NCBI GenBank assembly: GCA_951406725.2
Contig: OX597832.1
Location: forward strand, 42,904,001 to 42,968,000
Direction of reading: 5' to 3'
Length of the DNA: 64,000 nt
From: Octopus vulgaris
Lineage: Eukaryota
Part shown: positions 1 through 13,419 of the stretch, piece after piece
Numbering within the stretch: position 1 is the stretch's first letter
Layout: each line of letters starts with the position of its first letter
Notes under the pieces: model-generated
Database searches by the model: none
What the model was told of the DNA's origin: nothing
What the model saw: the letters and a program-made list of their open reading frames with translations, nothing else
Made by a program: the position numbers and the translations under genes

Positions 1-28
1 GTCTTTAAGTGCTTGACTCGAGGCATCG

Positions 29-63
<35 letters not shown>

Positions 64-1201
64 ATTACTTATTTTTAAAAATAAAACCATGATAAATATT
101 GACTGCATCAAATATTGACAAAATAGCCGTAGGGTGTATTTTATCTCTTGACATCTGTAAAAATCATAAATATTCCTCGTTTAAAAATTAATATTTTTAT
201 CTTTTCTCTTCGCCTCCTCAAACCGAATTCTTCCACTCGTAGCTTCAAATTCATTCTTTCTAAGAATTAATACTTCTACATTGATGTGAAGCTAAACATC
301 ATTATTGATTACGAAAACGGAGGACGCTAAAGGGGCGGAAACGGTAAAATATTGAACAATATCGTGCAGTATGTGGTTATGTCCTTTTAATTTCCCAAGT
401 CCAAATCTTGTGAGGATCTGACTAACTTTATTTTTCCTCCTTCAGGGCTCGATAATATAAGTGCTACTAAAGTATGAAAATTGATGAGTCTCACAAGGGC
501 CCTTTCTCAAAATTTATAACCCTGGTAACAAATTTAGAAATCGTTATTATGAGTTATTTCTTCTATTTTATTTGGCATTACCATTCATTTCTTCTTCTGA
601 GGCTCTCGCTTATTTTATTATTTATTTATTTATTCATTTATTTATTTATTTTTTTTTTGCTTTTCTCTTGCTCTCCTATAATTTTTCCCGGCTCAACCTT
701 ACTCTCCTATTTTCATTGCCAGCAAATTTTTTTTTTTTCAACTTCTTTTCTTTTTATCATAATTTTGACATCGAGATTCTTTGTTTCCTTATTTCTCTAC
801 TTTTCCCATTATCAAAAACATTTCCTGGCTTTAAAAAATCTAAAAAAAAAAAATCTCATTATGTACACGAACCATTGAAGGAACTCCCAAGATGCGAGCC
901 TAAAGTCGATTATGTCACATTTTTGCGGAAGACATATCACATATGACCAGCAGCTGCCTAAAATGTCATTAAGGAACTATCTTCCAAAGCGGCATCATGT
1001 TGTTGCTAAAACAATATACAAATGCTAGCCATAAGAAGAACGCCCTAAGATAGAGTAAATGTTAAGCATTACCCTTTTATTGAATGTGTACGTATTAAGT
1101 CATATTAGTGGAAGATTTTCATCAATGATTCCATGTGCAAACATAGCGAGTCTGACAGAATTGTTTTGGAGAAAAACAAAAACAAACGAGCAAACTATAT
1201 C

Positions 1202-1608
1202 ACTTTTACACTTTTACTTGTTTCAGTCATTTGACTGTGGCTATGCTGGAGCACTGCCTTTAGTCGGCAAATCGACCCCAGGACATATTCTTCGTAAGCC
1301 TAGTACTTATTCTATCGGTCCCTTTTGCCGAAGTTACGGGGGACGTAAACACACCAGCATCGGTTGTCAAGCGATGTTGGGGGACAAATACAAACACACA
1401 AACGTATACACACACATACATATATATATATACGTATACATATATACGACGGGCTTCTTTCAGTTTCCGTCTACCAAATCCACTCACAAGGCTTTGGTCG
1501 GCCCGAGGCTATAGTAGAAGACACTTGCCCAAGGTGCCACGCAATGGGACTGAACCCAGAACTATGTGGTTGGTAAGCAATCTACTTACAACACAGCCAC
1601 TCCTACGT
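1202..1608 (-). mobile_element. tRNA-derived SINE family A
   Basis: Matches the 48185-48601 copy: box A/B-like head, internal TA/TG microsatellite, and tail GGCGGTGCTCCAGCATGGCCGCAGTC. Confidence 0.9.
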
Positions 1609-1900
1609 CTAGCTGTCCTACAGAAAGGAATGAGAAACGATTCCGAAATCAGTAAGAAAAATAACATTTGCAACCAGCTGCTTCAAAGTCTTCAATTCTT
1701 TTTCACAATTCCAATTTCATATTTACGCATTTAAAAACAGTTGATTTTTGTAAGTAAATATTTGCACATGGAAGCTTTGATGAAAATCTTCCACTAATAT
1801 GATTTAATATGTACACATTCAATAAATATTTATTCTATCTCAGGGCGTTCTTCTTATGGGTAGCATTTGTATATTGTTTTAGCAATAACATGATGCCGCA

Positions 1901-2270
1901 TTGGAAGATAGTTCCAATGCTAGAACGGGACAACACTGCATAGTGCCAAAGATCCCAGCAATGCCATCACGCTTCAGGACCATCTTCTGCAACAGCCTGG
2001 GTTTCAAGGGCCCACAGCTTTTTAATATTCTCCCAAAGAGTCTGAGGAACTTGCACAAAGTAGATGTAGGGGCTTTTAAATCAAAGCTGGACCTCTTCCT
2101 GTCGAGAGTCCCAGATGAACCTACCTCACTGCAAGAGGTGCAAATGAGGATAGCTATATTTCAAAGTCTATTCTTCATCAAGTGCCACATATTAGAGGAG
2201 GCTCTTAGTAATAACAGTGTAGCACAAAACGGCGGTGCATCAGCAAGGCCGCAGCTCTGAGCTGAAGCTA
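1901..2270 (+). mobile_element. 3' fragment of a CR1/L2-like LINE (end of ORF2 plus 3' tail)
   Basis: NSLGFKGPQLFNILPKSLRN...FKSKLDLFLSRVPDEP is a typical post-RT C-terminus. The tail GGCGGTGCATCAGCAAGGCCGCAGCTC..AGCTGAA follows. Confidence 0.75.
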
Positions 2271-2272
2271 GA

Positions 2273-2421
2273 ATGAGAGGGAATCCACCAAAAGTGAACT
2301 AAGTTGTTCTCAAGAAAAAATTTAGCACACCATGAACATTCATGGTGTGCTAAATTTTTTCTTGAGAACAACTTTTAGTGGCTAGCATAAGGGAGCTTAC
2401 TTTTGGTGGATTCCCGCTCAT
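2273..2421. repeat. Fold-back inverted repeat
   Basis: Perfect 36-bp arms at 2301-2336 and 2339-2374 around a 2-nt spacer. Outer 23-bp arms at 2273-2295 and 2399-2421 have one mismatch. Confidence 0.93.
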
Positions 2422-2548
2422 ATATGTATTAATAATATTTACTGAATCTCAGTTTTTTATGCGCTAAACCATTGGTGTTAAACTGATATTATTAAATTAA
2501 TATACAATTTTTCACCCTCATTTTGATTTTATATATATATATATATAT

Positions 2549-2961
2549 TCTTTACTCTCTTTTACTCTTTTACTTGTTTCAGTCATTTGACTGTGACCAT
2601 GCTGGAGCACCGTCTTTAGTCGTGCAGCTCGACCCCAGGACTTATTCTTTTGTAAGCCCAGTACTTATTCTATCGGTCTCTTTTGCCGAACCGCTAAGTG
2701 ACGGGGACATAAACACACCAGCATCGGTTGTCAAGCAATGCTAGGGGGACAAACACAGACACACAGACATACACGCACACACACATATACATATATACGA
2801 CAGGCTTCTTTCAGTTTCCGTCTACCAAATCCACTCACAAGGCTTTGGTCGGCCCGAGGCTATAGTAGAAGACGCTTGCCCAAGGTGCCATGCTGAGGGA
2901 CTGAACCCGGAACCATGTGGTTGGTAACCAAGCTACTTATCACACAGCCACACCTGCGCCT
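2549..2961 (-). mobile_element. SINE family A
   Basis: Full-length homologue of 48185-48601. Confidence 0.9.
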
Positions 2962-4292
2962 ATATATATATATATATCCGCACCTTTATGAATGCATACT
3001 TACATAAATACATGCATACATCTGAGCATTCTTTCATTCGAGCGTACAAATGCACTTAGGTACATATGTACCAATGAACATCATTTTCAATATTATCAAA
3101 ATCAAGCTGAAGAATAAAATTTCACAGTGACTTTAAACTCACAACCCCTCTGCACTACCATCACCACCACCACCAACAACAACAACAACAAAAACAGCAA
3201 TAGCAAGACAACCAACAAACAACAAACAACAACAACAATAATAACATCGAACACATACGCTGTAAAAAGATATAAGCAAGGAGTGGAAAGCCTAAAAACG
3301 ATTGTAATCTCTCATCTAATGTATACTGTGATGGCAGCTGTGTTGAACGGCAGACGGCGACAAGAGCAGCAACAACAACAATAACAATATTATCAACAAC
3401 AATAGCAACAGCAAGAACGTAAACAACAACAACAACTACAAAAGCAACAAGTACAGCAACAACAAAATCAACATTAACCACAACAGCAACTGCAAGAACA
3501 GCTATAGAAACGAGGATAGTAAAAAAGAATATACGCAACAAACAAGAACAAATGAAACACCGGTGACGATAGCAACCATAATAACAACAATGATAACATT
3601 AGCAACAACAAAACTACAACAGTGGCCCAGTGGTTAAGGCAACGGACTCGCGGTCGTAAAAACGCGGTTTCGATTCCCAGACCGGGCATTGTGAGTGTTT
3701 ATTGAGCAAAAACACCTAAACTCCACGATTCTCCGGCGGAAGGGTGGCAGTGAACCCCACTGTACTCTTTCCCCACAACTTTCTCTCACTCTTTCTTTCT
3801 ACTTCTGCCACAAAGCAGAGGAACCATGATGTAACCCACTATGGTGTGCTAAACTTTCAAACCTTAGTCTGAATTGCGAATCCTCTGTACCCCAGGATGG
3901 TTCAGCTCTCCACCCGTTAAAAAGCCACCGTTTACGGAATGAGGATAGCGACGTAGCTTTCGCGCTCGTGCAACCGCCAGTCAATCGTGTCTGGTGGGTG
4001 GATCTTCAAGTTGCTACACGCATTCTTAGTAGCTTAGAGTAGACTCAAATTAGATATTATCCTTTGTGGCGAATGGCAAGAGTCCTGATTGGAAGAAGAA
4101 GACGCCAACAACAATATTAATTGTCAACAAAAACAGAAATAGTAACCTTTTGAAGACATTAGTGTTTGTTTTGGTCGTTCTTTCTACCAGGTCGAGCGAA
4201 CACATGAAGGCCGGCTCTTTAACTTGTATTCACGAAACAAGTGGTGGGGGCGAAACACAGACATGACACAGAAACACACACACACACACACA

Positions 4293-4341
<49 letters not shown>

Positions 4342-4529
4342 GATGAGCTTCTTTCAGGTCCCGCCAACCAAATTCACTCACAACGCTTTGGGTCGCCCTA
4401 GGTTACAGTAGAAGACAGCTGCCCAAGGTGCCATGCACGGGGACTGAACCCGGAACCATTGGTTGGGAAGCAAGCTTCTTACCACACAGCCATACCTGAG
4501 CCTATACGTATATATACATGCATATATTT

Positions 4530-4992
4530 TTTATTGCTCGCAGGGGGCTAAACATAGAGGGGACAAACAAAGGAATCGACCCCAGTGCGAAACTGGTACT
4601 TATTTAATCGACTTACTTATTTAAGGTGGCGAGCTGGCAGAAGCGTTAGCACGCCGGGCGAAATGCGTAGCCGTATTTCGTCTGCCACTACGTTCTGAGT
4701 TCAAATTCCGCCGAGGTCGACTTTGTCTTTCATCCTTTCGGGGTCGATTAAATAAGTACCAGTTACGCACTGGAGTCGATGTAATCGACTTAATCCGTTT
4801 GTCTGTCCTTGTTTGTCCTCTCTGCGTTTAGCCCTTTGTGGGTAGTAAAGAAATAGGTACTTATTTAATCGACTCCGAAAGGATGAAAGGCAAAGTCGAC
4901 CTTGGCGGTATTTGGACTCAAAACGTAACGGCAGACGAAATACTTCTAAGCATTTCGCCCAGCGTGCTAACGATTCTGCCAGCTCGCCGCCT
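4530..4992. mobile_element. Family B SINE (plus, 4624-4855) inserted into a family B SINE (minus)
   Basis: 19-bp TSD GGTACTTATTTAATCGACT at 4595-4613 and 4856-4874. The core GCCTTTCATCCTTTCGGGGTCGAT resembles the Nin/Deu SINE domain. Confidence 0.85.
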
Positions 4993-5032
4993 TATACATG
5001 TGTATACAGCTCGCCGTTTATACATATGTATA

Positions 5033-5340
5033 CCGTGACCACCGTGACTGACCAGGCTATCAGATGTTGTTACACATCGCTGGTCACAATGTGCTTCGCA
5101 TTGTTTTAGCCTTCAAATGACGCCACCCCGCTGGCTAAGCAAGAAGGCCAACAGAAGAAAGAGTGTTAGAAATTTGTGGCGAAAGAGTACAGCAGGGATC
5201 GCCACCACCACCCTGCCGGAGCCTCGTAGAGCTTTAGGTGTTTTTGCTCAATAAGCACTCACAACGCCCGGTCTGGGAATCGAAACCACGATCCAACGAC
5301 CGCGAGTCCACTGCCCTAACCACTGGGCCATTGCGCCTCC
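5033..5340 (-). mobile_element. tRNA-derived SINE family C with tail type 1
   Basis: Head GGAGGCGCAATGGCCCAGTGGTTAGGGCAG...GTTTCGATTCCC with box A and box B. Closely similar to 52881-53192. Confidence 0.9.
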
Positions 5341-5951
5341 ACACATATCTATACACACATGTGTATAAACATCAAACTTAGAGGAAGTCGGTTACGCAAT
5401 CCCATTAATCCTGGAAGCTACCCAACCGAATACGGTAAATACTTTAACGAGCTCCATAAATCAAGCCGAGATTCAAATTTTAACCCACTCCAATCCATTA
5501 CAACCCATTACAAACTCGTCCATTGAGACGTAAAGATCCTCACGCAAATGAAAATATAAGCTTTAATGCTGCATTGCTTTAAACATTTAGGGTAACAGTC
5601 TTAAAGTAGTAATGATACAGTAATTACTAAAAAAGTAATATAGTAGTTATAGAGGTGGTTTGGTGTGCGGATACAGAGGTCACGAAGCCGTTTATAGATT
5701 GGTAGAAATCACTGACATCCAAAGAGCTTAATTGATGACCTGGTTTCGATTTGATGTTATGGCTATTTGGTTTCTTTTGCATCACGTGTTTATTAGCAAC
5801 AATATTGCTTATTTTACAATTTTTGTTTTGCTGTTCATCCAGGGAAGGAAGGGCAGCGCACACAAACCCCTCATTTTTCAAGGCCCCCGACACTTGTAGG
5901 AGGGGTGCAGTCTGAAATCAAAGACCATACTGGAATGTCTACGACAGTATG

Positions 5952-6255
5952 GTACAGTAAACGTCGCCCTTTTCAAGCCTAGCCAGGCTTCCTGGTTTCT
6001 GTGGTGTATGTGTTCCCCCCCAGCTGGATGGGACGCCAGTCCATCGCAGCGTTACTCAAGAAACAGGAAGAGAGAGTGAGAGAAAGTTTTTGCGAAAGAG
6101 TACAACAAATGTCGCCACAACTCCCTGTCGGAGCCTCGTGGAGCTTTTAGGTCTTTTCGCTTAATAAACGCACACAACGTCCGGTCTGGTAATCGAAACC
6201 GCGATCATCCGACAGCGAGTCTGCTGCCCTAACCACTGGGCCATTGCGCCTCCAC
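5952..6255 (-). mobile_element. SINE family C head with tail type 2 and a 13-bp TSD
   Basis: CTACGACAGTATG at 5939-5951 and 6256-6268. The tail matches 16690-16790. Confidence 0.85.
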
Positions 6256-6519
6256 CTACGACAGTATGAACGCTGCTTAATATATCCAATGGCGGGAGGC
6301 TTCGATCTGGCAGAATCGTTGGCGTGCCGGACAAGATGCTTATTGGCATTTTTTCCGTCTTTACGTTATGAGTATTTACAGAAACGCTCACTCACAAACA
6401 GACATACATATCTACGTACATAAATACACACACATACAAGCATAAATAATGATTTCATTACACATTTTTCTCTCTAAGCAGTGAGTCAGCAGAATCTCTC
6501 TAATTTCAAATCACGTCTC

Positions 6520-6970
6520 ACCACGACCATCACTACCACCATCACCACGACCATCACTACCACCATCACCACGACCATCACTACCACCATCACCACGACC
6601 ATCACTACCACCATCACCACGACCATCACTACCACCATCACACCACCACCACCACGCCACCATCACATCCACCACCATCACCACCACCACCACCACTACC
6701 ACTACCAACACCACCACCACCTCCACCACCATCACCACCACCACTACCACCACCACCACCACCACCACCATCACCACCACCACCGCCATCACCGCCATCA
6801 CCGCCACTACCACCACCAAAACCACCACCACCACCGCCACCGCCACCACCATCACCACCGCCATCACCGCCACCACCACCGCCAAAACAACCTCCATCAC
6901 CGCCACCGCCGCCACCACATCCACCACTACCACCACCACCACCACCACCGCCATCATCATCACCACCACC
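6520..6970. repeat. (CAC)n-type tract starting with a 24-bp minisatellite
   Basis: ACCATCACCACGACCATCACTACC about 5 times, then degenerate CAC/CGC/CAT units. Confidence 0.95.
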
Positions 6971-7295
6971 TTTAAGATGGTGAGCAAAGTTCAAGTTCCG
7001 CTGAGATTGACTTTGCCTTTCATCCTTCCGGGGTCGATAAAATAAGTATAAGTTGAATACTGGGGATCGATGTAACCGTCTTGGCCCCCGCCTCCAAAAT
7101 TGCGGGCCTTATTTCAAATTTGGAAATCAATATATCCAAAGACCAAGTGGTAGGCTTAAACGTGGTAGAGTCAATCGTAGTGTGTGTGTGCGTGTGAGTG
7201 TGTGCATGTATGTGTGTGTGTGTGTTTGTAATGTAATATAATATGATATAATATTATATTATATAATATTACATATATACTTATATATATATATA

Positions 7296-7490
7296 TATCT
7301 TTTATTCTTTCACTTGTTCCAGTCATTAGACTGTGGCTATGCTAGAGTACTGTCTTGAAGGGTTTGTGGAGTTTTTAAAGTTTGGTGCTTATTCTATCGC
7401 TCACTTTTGCCGATCTGCTAGGTTACGGACACATAGACATACTAACCCCAGTTGTAAGGCTGTGAGGTGGGGACAAGCACAGACACAAAG

Positions 7491-7531
<41 letters not shown>

Positions 7532-7600
7532 CATACACGCACATACACACACATTATACATACATACATACATACATACATACATACATACATACATACA

Positions 7601-7636
<36 letters not shown>

Positions 7637-7647
7637 TATTATATATG

Positions 7648-7681
<34 letters not shown>

Positions 7682-7694
7682 AATATATATATAA

Positions 7695-7742
<48 letters not shown>

Positions 7743-7879
7743 GACAGGCTCGTTTCAGTCTCTGTCTGCCAAATCCTCTCACAACGCTTTGATCGTCTCG
7801 AGGCTATAGCAGAAAACACTCGCCCAAGCTGCCACACAGCGGGGCCAAATTTCTTACCACAGATCCACGCCAGCGCCTA
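7296..7879 (-). mobile_element. SINE family A, diverged, with an expanded internal microsatellite
   Basis: Both halves of the family are recognisable around a (CA)/(TACA)/(TA) expansion. Confidence 0.75.
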
Positions 7880-8573
7880 TTGTATTCATAAGAAAACCAT
7901 ATCAGCATGCATCTTGCAAAATAGATCTTATACCTCTTATATTTGCATCCAATATTTTAAGTCATATTCTACTCCCATATATTACCCGTTCCTTACCCAT
8001 TCCTTTTTTATGTCTATCCGTATACATGAAAAATATCCATTCTAAATTCTCATAAAAACCCATATAATTAAATTAAACCAACCAATTATTTATGATGTTA
8101 TAATAGCTTCCTACGAAATAACCTGCTGTTACCATAAATATTTATCCCGTTTATCATCTCCACTAATTCCGATATCCTTTGACCCTTTCACCGCATAAAC
8201 ACTCATTTCGACATTATCCTGCAGGTTATAATGCGATAGATTTATAACGGAATTATAATTTATAGTATTGGACTATCCATATAATTCGCTTCTCTAATTC
8301 GCTTGCCGTTGTATTTTCATTACGTGAATTTTACTTGTTTCCGTCATTGGACTACGACTATGCAGGCCCATAGCCATCTACTTATTCTATCGGCTTCTTT
8401 TGTCGAAACGGCTAACTTATGGGGACGTAAACAAACCAACACCGGCAGTCAAGCGGTGGTAGAGAAAAATACAAACACGCGCACACATGCGCACACACGC
8501 GCACACACGCGCACACACGCGCACAAATACCCATATGATATTTTTCGTAACTAATGTCTTTTATTTAGCTATA

Positions 8574-8966
8574 GGCGTAGGAGTTGCTGTGTGGTAAGTA
8601 GCTTGGTTACGAACCACATGGTTCCGGGTTCATTCCCACTGCGTGGCACCTTCGGCAAGTGTCTTCTACTATAGCATCGGGCTGACCAAAGCCTTGTGAG
8701 TGGATTTGGTAGACGGAAACTGAAAGAAGCCTGTCGTATATATGTATATATATATGTATGTGTGTATATGTTTGTGTTTGTCCCCACAACATCGCTTGAC
8801 AACCGACGCTGGTATGTTTACGTCTCTGCAATTAAGAGGTTCGGTAAAAGAGATCGATAGAATAAGTACTAGGCTTACAAAGAATAATTCCTGGGGTTGA
8901 TTTGCTCGACTAAAAGGCGGTGCTCCAGCATGGCCACAGTCAAATGACTGAAACAAGTAAAAGAGT
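8574..8966 (+). mobile_element. SINE family A
   Basis: Full-length homologue. Confidence 0.9.
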
Positions 8967-9658
8967 ATAATTTGTGGGTGGTTTCGCAGCTATTTCTAGC
9001 ATATGTAGCGACCACGTAGGAGTTCCATCATTTGGCCGTTGTTTTGTAATCGCGAAGGGATAAATAACTGTATTGTAAACATCGATAAATCGATAAACGC
9101 TTGTATTGAAAACATTTCGGAGCTGTGTTCCCTAATTCACACATAATCCAATTATTGCACATGCGATCGTAAAACATCGTGAAACAATACCGAAACGTCG
9201 TAAAACACCGTTGAACATCGAGTAACTTCGTGCGAGTTCGGTTATTACGCTATTATCGAATTGCGCATTCATGTTTGTTTCCTACGTTGCTTGAAAGGAG
9301 AAGAACTATTAGAGGCCAATGGATAAATTTAATTACTGTATTAAATGCCTAAGCGTATCATACAAGCTCTCACATTTAACATAATATGCGCGGGCACACA
9401 CAAACGCACACGCGCGCATGCACATTTTACGGCATACTACACATGCTGGTTAATGGATATTTTGTTTATATAAGTGCAGGCAAGATTTTGTGGTTAAGAA
9501 GAAAGCTTAGCAATCACGTGGTTCAAGTCCACTGCGCAGCACCTTGGACAAGTGACTGGTAATATAGCTCTGGGTCGACCAATATTTTCTTAGCAAATCA
9601 GGGGAAAGCAAATTGTATAGAAGCCCCCCCACACACACACACACACATCTATATATAT

Positions 9659-9794
9659 AGGCACAGGTGTGGCTGTGTGCCTTTTAAGAAGCTTGCTTCC
9701 CAACTACTTGGTTCTGGGTTCGGTCCCACTGCGTGGCACTTGGGCTTATTTTTTTCTACAATATAGCCTCGACTGAAACTGAAAGAAGCCCGCC

Positions 9795-9858
<64 letters not shown>

Positions 9859-10100
9859 ATGTATGTATATGTATATGCATCTATGTGTGTGTGTGTGTTT
9901 GCATCTGTGTTTGTCCCCCATCGCCGCTTGACAACCGGTGTTGGTGTGTTTCTGTTGCCGTAGCTTTGTGATTCGGCAAAAAGTAACGATAGAATAAGTA
10001 TCAGACTTTAAAAAACATGTCCTGGGGCCTTTCAAGGCGGTGCTCCAGCATGGTCTCAGTCAATCGACTGAAACGAGTAAAGGAATAAAAGAATAAAAGA
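9659..10100 (+). mobile_element. SINE family A, diverged; a second head fragment lies at about 9470-9625
   Basis: Head, body and tail are recognisable. Confidence 0.8.
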
Positions 10101-10124
10101 ATATGTATGTGTACGTTACGTGAT

Positions 10125-10418
10125 TATGCGATTGACCAGACTCTCCGATGTTGCTATACATCGATGCTCACAATGCGCTTCTGCATGGTTTCAGCTCTTG
10201 AATGAATCCACACGCTGGCTAGGCGAGTAGGCCAACATTCCCACCAATCGGAACGCTACTCAGTCGCAGGGTTACCCATTTGCAGCTGAGCAGACTGGAG
10301 TATCATGAAACGTAATGTTTTGCTCAAGAACACAACGTGCAGCCGCTCTGGGAATCGAAACCAAGAGTTCACGATCGTGAGTGCAACACGTCCAACCACT
10401 AGTCCACGTGTCTTCACA
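10125..10418 (-). mobile_element. SINE with variant head D and tail type 1
   Basis: The head and core are shared with 16790-16925, and the tail is shared with 5033-5140. Confidence 0.7.
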
Positions 10419-10569
10419 TGTATACTTTCTTTTACTTTCTGTAAAACACTGACAAACTTGGCGCTAATAAAGTTTGTTTAGAAAGTGTTCTCACTTTTCA
10501 AAAGCTAAAACTTAGCATTATAAAAGGACGGTATCTACTGACAGGGGCGCTCAGCCGAAATTTTGAGAG

Positions 10570-10845
10570 GTACAGGGTGGATCTTTACCCTTTGAACGTC
10601 AGATTGAGAAATTATTTTTTGTAACTAAACATTTTCAAACTTCGGACACCGGTAGAATGTGTCATATAAATCATCTTTTACTCTTAGTGTTGTTGAGGAA
10701 AGTTTATATTTTCAAAGTTATTTCGTGTTAAAGTTGTCGTATTTCGGTAATTTCAACCAATCAATGACGTGTATTCAACTGAATAAAATTACTGCTGTTG
10801 TTTGTCAACAACAACTTCCGGCGGTGTATATTTCGTTTGATCCCC
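10570..10845 (+). repeat. Unclassified interspersed repeat; a diverged minus-strand relative lies at about 13530-13690
   Basis: GGATCTTTACCCTTTGAACGTCAG...GTAACTAAA...GGTAGAATGTGT matches the reverse complement of 13590-13690. Confidence 0.55.
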
Positions 10846-11358
10846 TTCCTCACTTGACAGCCAATGCTGGTTGTTTTTATGATAATTTAGGGGTTTGTCA
10901 AAGAAAAAAAATGCCGGACAAAAAAAGAATCAGACTTAAAAAGTAAGTAGTGAAATCGGTTTGTTAGACTAAAAGTCACTCGAGTTGGTGCCACAGCATG
11001 GCCGCATTCCAATAAACTGAAACTAGTAAAAGACAAATGATAAACATATTGGTTATCTGTCGAGTGTCTTGAGTTCATCAACCAGTCACAGGTTTTGCTT
11101 TTTTTAAACCTGCAGGGTATCCAAAAATCACATGCTTCGTCAAGTAACTTCAACGGCGCGTCCGGTTCACCTACTCGCTAACGAAACCCAGCGTGCAACA
11201 AGAATTGGGTCACACGTTGCCAGCAGCGCTTCCGAGCGACCTGACATAAATAAGTACCCATGCATGGACAACATCAACAAGGACACCAGAGAAAAAAGGA
11301 TCGACAACATAGCACCACCAGCAACAACAAGAAAAAGAACAAGAACAACAACAACAAG

Positions 11359-11406
<48 letters not shown>

Positions 11407-11808
11407 AATAAAACCAGTGAAAATCTGAATGACGCCAACATCACCAACAACGAATCAAAGAGTTTTTCTGACGCGGCTGGTTCATAGAATAGAAATGTTT
11501 CTGTTAGCTCTGGATGGAAAAATAAATTAAAGAATTCGCTCAAGACAAAAAATTTTGTTAATTCTGAGCAGGGTAAAAGCAGCGGTAATGGTGCCTCTTG
11601 AAATCATGGAAGAGCGGCAGTGAAAAACAGTTTATTACAAATGTAATACAGATACAAACATAGACTTACCCACATATGTACTCCAATTTACGACTAAACA
11701 CAAAATATATGCTCCATTTACATACACGCATATATGCACACGCAAGCAAGCATAGACACACACAGATAAAATATATATATATATATATTTCATATACATA
11801 GACACGAG

Positions 11809-11866
<58 letters not shown>

Positions 11867-11978
11867 TAGTTATAGATATATAACTAATGTAGGATAAGAC
11901 TTTTTTCGAAAGAAAATTTTTATCAATGGCCAGCATATCAAAAGATACCTTTAAAGGTTAAATTTGTAAATAACTTAT

Positions 11979-12021
<43 letters not shown>

Positions 12022-12362
12022 GCATGTCGCGTGCACATGCACTGAACTTACGCATGTGCGCACACATAGTCAAATATTTCTATTCACACTCATATATGCA
12101 CACACCTGTATTCACACACATATATTCACACACGCGCAACTATTCACTCACACTTGGGCACACATATGCACATTCTCTCTTTCTCTAGCACGCATGATCA
12201 CACACAAACAAACACACGCACAAATACGTGTACGAGTATCTTGAACTGCCTTCATTCAAGCAAGAAAAACCTTAAAACCTTTGTGACTGTTAGTGATCGG
12301 TCTTTGAATTCTGTTAAGAACTTCAATTAATAGGAAGAAGCGTGAATACACAGAATACACAG

Positions 12363-12412
<50 letters not shown>

Positions 12413-13371
12413 ACACACATTCACACACACACACATACACACACACACTCACATACACCCCACGCACATACACACACTACGTGCATACACACTCTCACAC
12501 AAACACACATACACATACATGAACATACACAAACACGCACACACATACACACGCTCACGTGCACACACATATGCACATATACATACATGAATACACACAC
12601 ACACACACATACACCCCACGCACATAAACACACTACGTGCATACACACTCTCATACAAACACATACACATACATGAACATACACAAACACGCACACACAT
12701 ATACACATACACGAATACACACACACACACACACACACATACAAAAGCATTCACAGTAGAACATGCAATCTTTGATATTCTATTTGCGCAACAACTTCCC
12801 TTTGTAAAATGTAATGATGTTTTCATTTCCGGTTCATTTGCAGAATCGGTTTGTGGCTGAATTCTTTGTCTGACCCTCTCTTCTGAATTCTACTTCTTCT
12901 TCCTCTCATGAAACACAAAACACATTGATTCAGTCACGCTTCACTGAAGCTGAAAAGCAACGTAATAACTCGCAGTCAATGCAAAAAGTGTTGCGTATGC
13001 TTCGCTGTGTTCCATCACTGAACATTCAGAAATTCTGTAACAACAGAAGGAAAGAAAAAAACAATATCAATAACAGCAACAAAAAAAAAAAAAAAAACAA
13101 TATCAGTGACAAAGGCAACAGTAATGATCCTTTTTTCCAATAGGCACAAGGACCTGAAATTTTGGGAAAGGGGTTTTCGGTTACATCCACCCCAGTACAC
13201 AACTGGTACTTAATTTATCGACTCCGAAATGATGAAAGGCATAGTCGACCTCAGCGGAATTTAAACTCAGAATGTAGCGGTTGACGAAACACCGCTAAAT
13301 ATTTCGCCCGGCGTGCTAACGATTCTGCCAGCTCGCCGCCTTATAACAACAACAACAACAACAACAACAAC

Positions 13372-13419
<48 letters not shown>

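Noticed and set aside
474-946. Overlapping hydrophobic ORFs of 134 and 124 aa
   Set aside because: T-rich low-complexity sequence gives F/L/I-rich frames with no recognisable motif.
6481-6994. His-rich, Gly-rich and Val-rich ORFs
   Set aside because: A degenerate (CAC)n tract is open in several frames on both strands, with no unique coding context.
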